Below are positions 1 through 8,989 of a stretch of DNA of 19,106 nt, piece by piece. This stretch comes from Octopus sinensis (lineage: Eukaryota), in the NCBI RefSeq assembly GCF_006345805.1, contig NW_021825489.1:1-19106 (forward strand). Direction: 5' to 3'. The notes under the pieces are model-generated. The model was not told the origin of the DNA, searched no databases, and saw only the letters and a program-made list of their open reading frames with translations. Each line of letters begins with the position of its first letter. The first letter of the stretch is position 1. Both the position numbers and the translations under genes were made by a program.

Positions 1-13
1 AATTAAATGAAGT

Positions 14-68
14 CGCTTGAAGCGATCGTACTGCATTACCTCGGAATATCCTGTTGCTTATTTTGATT
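14..68. repeat. Diverged interspersed repeat, copy 1 (second copy 1334-1388)
   Basis: Ungapped 55-nt alignment to 1334-1388 gives 42/55 identities (cgcttgaagcgatcgtactgcattac...atcctgttgcttattttgatt). Confidence 0.7.
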
Positions 69-165
69 ATATATATACATACATACATACATATATATAT
101 ATATATAATATATATATATATATATCTATATATATATATATATTATATACATATGTATATATAAA
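69..165. repeat. (TA)n/(TACA)n microsatellite
   Basis: Direct reading. Confidence 0.95.
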
Positions 166-190
166 ATCACTTTTGGCATATGTATCAGTA

Positions 191-416
191 TTTTTTTTTT
201 TTGTACTTGTTTCAGTCATTTGACTGCGGCCATGCTGGAGCACCGCCTTTAGAGTGGTGAAAGAGTACAGCAGGGATCACCACCTCCTGTCGGAGCCTCG
301 TGGAGCTTTTAGGTGTTTTCGCTCAATAAACACACACAACGCCCGGTCTGGGAATCGAAACCGCGATCCTCCGACCGCAAGTCCGCTGCCCTAACCACTA
401 GGCCATTGCGCCTCCA
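191..416 (-). mobile_element. tRNA-headed SINE, chimeric (head/body of one family, 3' tail shared with the SINE at 17841-18244)
   Basis: Minus strand begins GGAGGCGCAATGGCCTAGTGGTTAGGGCAGCGGAC...GGTTTCGATTCCC (A and B boxes) and ends TAAAGGCGGTGCTCCAGCATGGCCGCAGTCAAATGACTGAAACAAGTA plus an A-run (T-run 191-202 on plus). Confidence 0.85.
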
Positions 417-439
417 TGTATTATTTTTATACTATCACA

Positions 440-1320
440 CCTACTTATATCAGTACACACCTTTCTTGGATATTTACATTTAATCATGTCTACATATTAT
501 CTTATTATTCCGCTTCTGAGTTATTACTTTCAATCAGCAAATAGTATGTATATCTTTCCAGATATTCTACATGTAAGTGGTTTGAATAGTCTTAATTGAA
601 ACCACATAATAGTTAATTAATTAAGTGAAGATGATGTATTAAATGGATTCTACATAATAGTAGTCTTCCTTTTAATGCTTAAAATTGATCCATATAGATC
701 TTTTAGCATACTTGGTTATGATATCAATTTTCTGGACTTTTTAAAAAATTCTTATACAACATCATAGTGTTGTTTATAAACGTCCTCCCACCGAGCCCCT
801 AATATTTTTTTCTGAATCTCATTATAGCATCCTAAGTGTCGTAGTGTTTGCCCCTTTAACTGGTAGCAACACCATGAATTAATGTCACTCCTACCCAACC
901 TCTTTTATAGACAGTTACTATCTAATTGACTCTTTTCTAAAATTTTGTTTCTTTTTCTTGTGGATGGAGGGGTACTTTTGAAAATATCTATGACCAATAG
1001 CCAGTCATGAGCTGTCAACTCACTTTTGCCCTTTTTTCTAAATATACACAGTCTTCTAGTCTCAGTTATTAGTTGAATGATAAAGAAATAGATAATATTT
1101 GGAAATGAATTATAACCCTATGACTCCCACTGTGTTCCATGCCACTCTATATATAAATTGTCGTCTGTTCTCTTAGCTATTCCTGCTACAATAGCCACAG
1201 CATGAATTTCTTCTATCCTCTGGCTCACTTAAAGTATTTAAGAAAAATTATATTAATGTACCCTGTCTGTTGAAATTCCATATCTGTGCAACTGAAGATA
1301 ATACTGAATTTAAAATTGAC
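440..1320 (-). mobile_element. Decayed Penelope-like element remnant (RT thumb to GIY-YIG endonuclease), many stops and frameshifts
   Basis: Manual minus-strand translation gives RRLC (1046-1057), a PPS..NKI..SNCL segment, KY*GLGGRTF (778-807; YIG-like) and QKRNNKIICRH (CRH at 486-494), in the order expected for a PLE C-terminus (LNKRxExxxxCRH). Sense strand is A-rich. Boundaries approximate. Confidence 0.5.
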
Positions 1321-1333
1321 TTAATGATTGCGA

Positions 1334-1388
1334 CGCTTGAAACGGTCATACTGCAATACTATTTTAAATCCTGTTACGTATTTTGATT
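1334..1388. repeat. Diverged interspersed repeat, copy 2 (probably part of a longer element extending to ~1510)
   Basis: 42/55 identical to 14-68. Confidence 0.7.
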
Positions 1389-1536
1389 TTTTATTTTATT
1401 CACCCTACTTCGAGCTGTGCGGATAATCCCGGACGGACTTGGTGCTTCAAATTAAGTACCTAATTCAGCTGAATTTTAATTACTTCTTATATATACATTA
1501 TAGTGCATTCCCACCTACATTTCCCCATTATTTAAA

Positions 1537-1575
<39 letters not shown>

Positions 1576-1591
1576 ATATCATATATTATAT

Positions 1592-1641
<50 letters not shown>
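1537..1641. repeat. (TATC)n followed by (TA)n microsatellite
   Basis: Direct reading. Confidence 0.95.
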
Positions 1642-1644
<3 letters not shown>

Positions 1645-2057
1645 ATTATACCAATCAAAAAATTTTGAATATTTGTCGCAACCTTACCAGTTAGTTCGAT
1701 TGGAAAAAAATTACTGAGGCTTTAGCAGTGTTAATTTTTCATTCTAAAGTTCGCTTTGGAGTAAGCACATAGATTTTAACCAATATGTGTTGTCTAATTA
1801 AACTGGTTTGAAACTATATTTTAGTAGATTCCTCTTTACCTGCCATCTGTGACATTACATATTTATATTGCATATTTATACAATGTCACCGTAGACAAAA
1901 GCGGGTCTAGCGGACTATAGTTTCATACCTATTGACATTCTTATCAGTTATCGATTACCCTACTCTTAAGTGGCTACTGTGGAATTGTATATTAAAGCCG
2001 CTGTTATTAGGTGCTTTACTGGACTATCTACAACTTTAATCGAATAAGCGGTCAAAA

Positions 2058-2175
2058 ATGCGTCAGTGGTTAAGTTGTTGAACAGTGGCTATGATGGCGA
2101 TTACTAGACTAACCAGGAGGTTGTGTTTTTATTTCGCGTTGCTGCTATTCACCTAGTTCAAATAAGTACTGGTTA
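2058..2175 (+). mobile_element. Highly decayed SINE fragment, possibly the family of 3463-3775
   Basis: cgtcagtggttaag (A-box-like) and ttgtgtttttatttcgcgttgctgctattcacctag resemble tttatttcacgttgct... at 3541-3570. Confidence 0.35.
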
Positions 2176-2639
2176 TAAAGCGTGCGGCAAGCTGGCTGTC
2201 CGTTCAAATCTTGGTTGCTTATACAGCATAGAAACAAGGATATGCTTAGTCCTAATGAGCCTATAAGCGTGTGAGAGATCTTATATATACACATAATACA
2301 TGCATTTCTTAGCCCAGTTTCATCGAGTCTAAATGAAGTCTTGTTTCGACAGATAGCTTTAACAATCGTTACTATAGTAACTAGAGGAAACTACCTTCCA
2401 ATTACAAAACGGTTTCAATTGGTTACTGTTAACTTTAATCGCAATACAAATGGAAAAAAAAGAATCAGTTAAAATTGATTTTAAGTAGCTAATCTATTTG
2501 TCAAAGAGAAAATCCCCCACTGAACTTAACAGAAGGGTTAAAGAAAACTAACACAGGAATATTTAATAAAGGCATTAAATGCAATACATTTCGATTGGTC
2601 TAAGAGAGGCACATATACAAGTGTGTTTGTATAAGTATG

Positions 2640-2765
2640 TATAAAGGTATATTCTATTCTATTTTCAACTATTTGAAATCTTCCGCTGAGAGAAGAGCTG
2701 GCTTCTAACAAAGATACATAGCTTCCTTGTTGGAATATTTATAACAAAGACAAATTAACATTTTA
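2640..2765 (-). mobile_element. Older isolated 3'-end (3' UTR) copy of the RLE LINE at 2814-3326
   Basis: 2677-2764 aligns with 2837-2924 (aaatcttcc.ctgag...aacaaagata...tggaat...aaca.agacaaatt.acattt). Confidence 0.7.
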
Positions 2766-2813
2766 AACCATCGAGGCATGTATGTATGTATGTTTGTATG
2801 TATGCATGTATGT

Positions 2814-3326
2814 CTCTTCTAAATTTAATTAATATAAATCTTCCACTGAGGAAGGAGCCGATTTCCAACAAAGATAGAAGGCTCCATCTTTGGAATGCAG
2901 TTAACACAGACAAATTCACATTTGGAACTTGAGAAAAGTCTTGCATATTTTTACTGTTCCACTCACAGATTGCACTCGTAACGTACGAATTAGCCGGTCA
3001 ATTTTCTCTTTCTGAAAATCCCATTTTATCCAGATTCTCCTTTAAGCATTTACTAACAAAACCTAGTGCTCCAATTATTATTGGTATGAAAATGAATTCA
3101 TATCTAGATATAGAAGATGGAGGTTTCGAAGCAGTTGTCCAGAGATATCCTCTTTTCTTTGATTTTCAAAGAGATATTTATATCTGCAAGGCAACCTCTC
3201 TGATGGCATATATCCTTGCCTCTCTGTCCCAAACAACAATATCCGGCCTCTTTACATTTGACAGAAATTTTGATGAGAATATTTCACCAGTATTCTTTGA
3301 GTTGGTCTTTATGAATGTATTCCATA
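2814..3326 (-). mobile_element. 5'-truncated non-LTR retrotransposon with restriction-like endonuclease (R4/Dong-like), frameshifted pseudo-ORF plus 3' UTR
   Basis: Minus translation across frameshifts: IMEYIHKDQLKEYW*NILIKISVKCK / RPDIVVWDREARIYAIREV / ADINISLKIKEK / GQLLRNLHLLY / EFIFIPIIIGALGFVSKCLKENLDKMGFSERE / IDRLIRTLRVQSVSGTVKICKTFLKFQM* (stop 2916-2918). PD..E..K and PIIIGALG are RLE hallmarks. Flanked by the 16-bp direct repeat atgtatgcatgtatgt (2798-2813, 3327-3342). Clade assignment is from recall. Confidence 0.85.
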
Positions 3327-3412
3327 ATGTATGCATGTATGTATGTATGTGTGTGTATGTATGCATGCATGCATGCATACATGTATGCTTGTATGTATGT
3401 ACATACATATGT
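3327..3412. repeat. (ATGT)n/(ATGC)n microsatellite
   Basis: Direct reading. Confidence 0.9.
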
Positions 3413-3462
3413 GCAGCCATGTGTCTTCGCAGCGGTTTAGAATGTTTTACCAGCCCAAAGCT

Positions 3463-3775
3463 GGTGTTGTTCATGGCTCAGTGGTTACAGCGTCGAGATT
3501 ACGATCGCGAGGTTGTGTGTTGTGTTCTTGAGCAAGACACTTTATTTCACGTTGCTTTAGCTTACTCACCAGTAGAAATGAGTTGTGACGTCACCGGTGC
3601 CAATCTGTATCGGTCTTTGCCTTTCCTTTGGACAACATCGGTGGCATGGAGAAGTGGGGTTGGTATGCATGGGCGAATGCTGGTTTTCCAGAAACAACCT
3701 TGCTTGGACTTGTACCTCGGAGGGTAACTTTCTAGGTGCAATCCGATGGTCATACATGACTGAAGGGGATCACCC
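3463..3775 (+). mobile_element. tRNA-headed SINE with CORE/V-type central domain, B-box region deleted
   Basis: CATGGCTCAGTGGTTA A box, then tgttgtgttcttgagcaagacactttatttcacgttgct...gtagaaatgagttg..gtcac.ggtgccaa.ctgtat. Same family as 16388-16591 (minus), which retains the B box. Confidence 0.8.
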
Positions 3776-3914
3776 TAGCGAACCGAGAAATGAATGTCAA
3801 TAAAATAAGTACCGAGATTAGTATGATCCCTGCTCGCAAAAGAAAACTCTTGAACACCGTACTTCAGCACACTTCAAACTGATGACAGAAATCAGTGACA
3901 CAGATATCACCACC

Positions 3915-4345
3915 AATACATACACATACACATATGCACAATACAAGGGTATACACTTAGATACATGCATAAATGAATGCATATGTGCATATGTAGGTAT
4001 ATCTACCTGTTACACATACACATATGCACACACGCGCACACATACATATGAATGTATATATATTATATATGTATGCATGCATGCATGCATGTATGTATAT
4101 ATGTATGTATATGTGTGTATGCATGCATTTATATATGTGCATATGTGTGTATGCATTTATATATTTATATATGTATATGTATAGCTATCTATATACTATA
4201 TTCATATATATATATTATATATACACGCACACTACACATGTGTGTGAATATGTGTATGTATGTATGTATGTATGTATGTATGTATGTATGTATGTATGTA
4301 TGTATGTATGTACGTACGTGTGTATGCATGTATCACATCTGTTAC
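3915..4345. repeat. Compound (CATA)n/(TA)n/(TGTA)n microsatellite
   Basis: Direct reading; near-pure (TGTA)n about 4254-4311. Confidence 0.9.
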
Positions 4346-5075
4346 ATGACTATTTATATAAGTTAATATAAACAGCAGTGAATCAGAGTAAAATTTTGGC
4401 AAAGTTTTGCATCATATTTACTTAATATATATTCGTTCGATAATCCTCCAAGGGATTAACAATTGTTAGTGAACCACAAACGGATTACTGATCAACATAA
4501 AACATGCAAACTGTTGACTTTTCGCTGAGTTTCACAGAAGATTTACGATTAACACAGATCAAAGTTTAGTCTATTTATCGCTAAATAATGACTAGGTATT
4601 AATGCTTGGAATACTTATATACATCGAAGGATATTTTCCAAATACCCACTGTTTTCATTCACAATTCTAAGTGTCAATAGCTTACAATTGAAAGTGGCGG
4701 TAGTGTTGTTGTTGTTGTTGTTGTTTTTGATTAGTTCAAGGTCAGTCATGCTCTATGAGACATAATTAAAGCCATCTTCGTGACAACTATTTGAAGCAAT
4801 GTTATTCAAATTGTCCTTCATGCTATTAAGCTGGGATATTGATATTCTTGAAGATTTGGTTACTGTTTCTAATCGTAAATGCTATTTATTTGGTTTATAA
4901 TAGTTAGGTGTAAATGCTCACATAAGTTACTCTCAAATTCTTCACATTTTTAAGACGGTATAATGTAAATTTATACGTGAATTTAATAACTATTTCTAAC
5001 GGTCAAGTGATCAAAACAATGTTTGTTTGGTTTCTAGCAACTACAAATTGTTACTCAGAAAACTTATATACAATA

Positions 5076-5490
5076 AGGCGGCAAGCTGGCAGAAACGTTA
5101 GCACACCGGGCGAAATGCTTAGCGGTATTTCGTCTGCCGTTACGTTTTGAGTTCAAATTCCGCCGAGGTCGACTTTGCCTTTCATCCTTTCGGGGTCGAT
5201 AAATTAAGTACCAGTTACACACTGGGGTCGATATAATCGACTTAATCCGTTTGTCTGTCCTTGTTTGTCCTCTCTGTGTTTAGCCCCTTGTGGGTAGTAA
5301 AGAAATAGCTATTTCGTCTGCCGTTATGTTTTGAGCTCAAATTCTGCCGAGGTCGACTTTGCCTTCATCCTTTCGGGGGCGATAAATTAAGTACCAGTTA
5401 TGTACCAGGGCCGATGTAATCGCCTTAATCCCTTTGTCTGTCCTTGTTTGCTCCCTCTATGTTTGGCCCCTTCTGGGCAATAAAGAAATA
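5076..5490 (+). mobile_element. Dimeric tRNA-headed SINE (full unit 5077-5307 plus headless unit 5308-5490) with perfect 19-bp target-site duplication
   Basis: Head ggcggcaagctggcagaaacgttagc...gagttcaaattcc; central gtcgactttgcctttcatcctttcggggtcgataaattaagtaccag (resembles the Meta/MESC-type SINE domain, from recall). TSD agaaaacttatatacaata at 5057-5075 and 5491-5509. Confidence 0.92.
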
Positions 5491-5814
5491 AGAAAACTTA
5501 TATACAATATGGAGTATTTCTCGGGAGTTTCTTTTCTCACTAACAATCACCAGGGGTTTTTTAATTACAAGTTCCCATGAGTTTAGGGATTTGGAAGCGA
5601 AAAGCGGTGGACGGAATCTGTAACAGTAGCAGATGAATTAGTTAATGTAAGGTGCATACCAACCAGCTTCCTTCAGGTTAAAAGACACAGAACAGGAATA
5701 TGGAGGACAATTGCTCACTAATAAAACTTCTTTTGGGAGCAGGAGTTCCATGTAAAAACTAAAGACAAGGCAGATGATATAAAGATTCAAATCAATACTG
5801 AACTAATCTATCAA

Positions 5815-7130
5815 GAAATAATAAATTTTTCACAACGAAACCCCTCAGAAATGAAATAAAATCTTCGTCAACGGAAGTTCTTCTAAAAAGAAGAGTTACG
5901 AAGATCCATCACTTGTTAAACTCAAAAGAGCACAAGCACAAACATCGCAGTTAAACAACTTCGTCCGCGCACCTGTTCGCAGCCGTCGGTAACAAAAGAT
6001 ATTCAAGCCTTTAATGAATATGTATAAACACTCAGAGGAATATAAAAAAAATCCCTATCTAAAAAGGTCTGCAAATTCAAACATTCCAGTAAATCGTATT
6101 AAATCAAACATTGCAAATGAAAGGTAACAGGCAGTGAAATGTCTACACAAAGACTCGGCAATATTCATTATAGAAGGTGACAAAAGAGAAGCTAAAATAA
6201 CAACGGACAAGAGCTATTACAGGACAACGGACAAGGGCTATTCTTAAAACAATGAAGTGACCAAGATTTCTACAAACACTTAGAAAGAGTGCAGATAAAT
6301 TAACAAAACTGATAAATGAAGGAGCAAACTCAAAAACAGTTTAACAGAAAAAGATTTGGGTTACCATTTAAATTTGGAATTGAAAAACTGGCCGAAAATT
6401 CATAAACCAAAGAAATTCATAACAGGTTAAAGAACCTCCGTAAACCATAGTTAAGATTCTCTAAACATTTGATACAATATTATGACCAGTTATTGATGGA
6501 CCAAAATAGAGTACCCAACGAATAAGCAAATCACATAGCATAATTTCGAAACTATTATACAAATAAATTCCAAGTTTGGTAGAAATGGCATTAACTTCCT
6601 AAACGTCTTTCCGGAAAGAGATATATAACGCTTATCATGTTTATTTTCGACGTGACTAGCCTATAGATAAATATTCCCATGGGTTACGATTGGAACCGTT
6701 AGAATTCTGGATAGACAAACACCAACACAAAAGTCAAGAGAAATTCATAGAGAATTTATGCTAGAAGGATTGGTGCTAGAAAACAATCACTTATTTTCTG
6801 ACAATTAATATTAACTTCCAAAAAACATGGCGCAGTAATGATCACAAGATTTGCCCTCCACTTGGCAACACTAGTAATTGCAGTGCTTGAAGAAAAACTT
6901 AATACCCGTTCTGAGATTACTTTTTATCAGTATTTATAATTTTATTTCAAAGAAAACTGAAAAAAAGTTACTGAATGTCAACTACATATTTTGAGAAAAT
7001 GATCCACAAGGGAAGATAAAAAGAAGAATACTTTACAAGAACTCTATTTCGGAGCTATATCAGAGGTGGTGCACACCATTACTAAAAACACCTTCCACTA
7101 ATACAGATTATGCCGTAAGACGAGTGTTTG
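5815..7130 (+). mobile_element. Decayed Penelope-like element reverse transcriptase remnant
   Basis: Colinear PLE RT motifs by manual translation: IINFSQRN (~5818), IFIIEGDKREAKITTDKSYY (6161-6220; cf. IIKxADKGxxxVIMDK), PKIHKP (6392-6409), *PVIDGPK*STQRIS (6483-6527), FDVTSL*INIP (6646-6678; cf. FDVTSLYTNIP), QKHGAVMITRFALHLATLVIAVLEEKL (~6819-6900; cf. QxxGxAMGTxxAPxxAxL). Many stops. Contains a 24-bp tandem duplication at 6200-6243. May start near 5520. Confidence 0.85.
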
Positions 7131-7600
7131 AAAAAGTCTATTAACAATGAGAGCGTACACACTTACGAAAACCTCCTCCATAGTATTATTCTGCAGTTAG
7201 ACATTTTAGTATGATTAATAAATTTTAACTTAAGAAAATTAATTTTCAAATATTGTTACGTTATTGATAATTCTTTATAAAACCTTATATATGTGTCTGT
7301 GAGTGTGTGTACAGATCTGTGCGGGTGTATATATATAAGCAAAACATTCAAACAATGAGATTTAATATCAGATGTCACTACTGTTCATATCATCTGTGGA
7401 TAAATTTTAAAATTGATGATATCACCAGCAGTGACATAGGTGGATCGCAGGTGCAATAGCATTAAATAGCTATGAATTATAAATTTGCATGACGCGTAAA
7501 GATGCTTAAGAAGCATACACGTGCTAGAAATAAGAGCTAAAGTTTTAAATTTATCCACCGTACCGCACCAAAATAACAGAGAAAAAGAGTATGCGAGGAA

Positions 7601-7851
7601 TGCCAACTTAATGTGGCAGTCCCAGGAAAAGGAAAAGTGCTACTGCTGTTTAGCCCCAGGAAACACCGTTTCCAGTTGGCCATGTGGCACAAGCGTTCCG
7701 TGTCCTCATGTTTTCAAAGAGGGGAGATAAGCATCTCAACCCAGCAAAGCCAGCATTCAGAGACTAGTTTCAGAATCATTGCTCATCATCAGTCTGGAGT
7801 AGTATGGCCTAGCATTTTTACCTTTCCTGAGACTGCCACTTTAAGTTGGCA
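7601..7851. repeat. 251-bp unit bounded by ~42-bp imperfect inverted repeats
   Basis: 7601-7642 tgccaacttaatgtggcagtcccaggaaaaggaaaagtgcta versus reverse complement of 7810-7851 tgccaacttaaagtggcagtctcaggaaaggtaaaaatgcta. No TSD seen. Confidence 0.8.
7758..7796 (-). ncRNA. Minimal type-I hammerhead ribozyme motif (degenerate, PLE-type)
   Basis: Minus: CAGA-CTGATGA-T-GAG-CAATGATT-CT-GAAA-C-TA-G-TC-TCTG. Stem I CAGA/TCTG, conserved core, palindromic stem III ACTAGT, GUC cleavage triplet. Stem II lacks one base at its base. Confidence 0.6.
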
Positions 7852-7906
7852 ACAAGCGATCACTTTATCGTGCTGCTACTGTATAAATCTCTCTGAGAGG
7901 TTTAGA

Positions 7907-7931
7907 AATGATACATATAAATGTATGTATA

Positions 7932-7942
<11 letters not shown>
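7907..7942. repeat. (TA)n microsatellite
   Basis: Direct reading. Confidence 0.9.
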
Positions 7943-7962
<20 letters not shown>

Positions 7963-8047
7963 CGCACATATAGATAGAAAAGACAATTTCATCTGTACGT
8001 ACATGCATATATGCATACATAAATATAAAAACACGTCTATGTTACAG

Positions 8048-8260
8048 ATAAACAAGAACAGAGGAAGACATGTAGACGCAGCTCCAAAAGAGAAGAGAAA
8101 TTATATTGAAAGGCTGTTTAAACGATGCTTTATAAAGACATGGCGGCGAGATCTGAATTCGTTCAAGTCTAACGATGTGTCTAGATGTTTAACTGGAGCA
8201 GCTAAGAAGTTAAATGGCGCGAAAATCTCCTCGGTGTCTTCATTACAGGATTATAACTAG
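8048..8260 (+). CDS. Possible terminal coding exon of an unidentified gene (70 aa, INKNRGRHVDAAPKEKRNYIERLFKRCF...SSLQDYN*)
   Basis: Non-repetitive, stop-free frame starting right after gttacag (possible acceptor) and ending TAG. No recognised homology, weak polypyrimidine tract, no upstream exon found. Confidence 0.25.
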   Translation: MNKNRGRHVDAAPKEKRNYIERLFKRCFIKTWRRDLNSFKSNDVSRCLTGAAKKLNGAKISSVSSLQDYN

Positions 8261-8374
8261 CAACGAGCATTCACAGATCTGATAACAATGAGAATATTAT
8301 AAGTAAATTTCATAATGTTTCGTCCTTCTTATTGTTATAAGCATCGGAATGAAATATTGGTAATGGATATAAAT

Positions 8375-8785
8375 ACATATGTATGTAAGTGTATACTTAT
8401 GAGTGTGTGTATGTGTGTGTATGTGTGTGTGTGTGTGTGTGTGTGCGATCGTGGCTCGTATGTATGTTTAGGCTTATCTATGCATATGTAGGTACATGTG
8501 CATATACACTCACATATAAATATGAATATACACAAACACACACATATATACATACATACGGATATACAATATTTAGTTACACACATGTATACATAATATA
8601 TATATATATATATGTATACATATATATAAACACACACACACACATACAAACATATATATATATATACACACACATACATAAATATACGTATATATATATG
8701 TGTGTGTGTGTGTGAGTGTGTGTGTGTGTGTGTGTGAGTGTGTGTGTGTGTGTGTGTGCGTGTGTGTGTGTCTGTGTGTGTGTAC
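8375..8785. repeat. Compound (TG)n/(TA)n/(CA)n microsatellite
   Basis: Direct reading. Confidence 0.9.
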
Positions 8786-8989
8786 ATTAATTCTGAGAGA
8801 ACGGAGGCACCTCCAAGAAGTAGTCATTTCGGGAAAAGTTAATCAAGGCATTCATATTTATATCTTCTCACACAGAGACAGAAACTCTCATCAAAACATC
8901 GCCGAGGGCTGTTTTACTTAATTTCTGACAAAATGTTTATATATCTGATTTATATGAAGATGCGCGAGCGGGCGTATCAATGGTTATAG

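Noticed and set aside
340-416. tRNA gene-like sequences here and at 16520-16591, 17841-17910 and 5077-5165
   Set aside because: A/B boxes are present, but I could not fold a complete cloverleaf, and each continues into a SINE body; these are SINE heads.
3086-3727. 213-aa plus-strand ORF
   Set aside because: It runs antisense across the RLE LINE, a microsatellite and a SINE; a chance open frame.
3879-3900. CTGATGA...GAAA hammerhead-like string
   Set aside because: No stem II, stem I or cleavage triplet; it is just a CTGAT/ATCAG hairpin.
4700-4800. Possible ancient SINE tail next to (GTT)n
   Set aside because: The resemblance is from memory only, with no second copy in the window to support it.
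7613-8047. 5' part of the 215-aa ORF 7613-8260
   Set aside because: It crosses the inverted-repeat/hammerhead unit and a (TA)n tract; only 8048-8260 is kept as a weak exon candidate.
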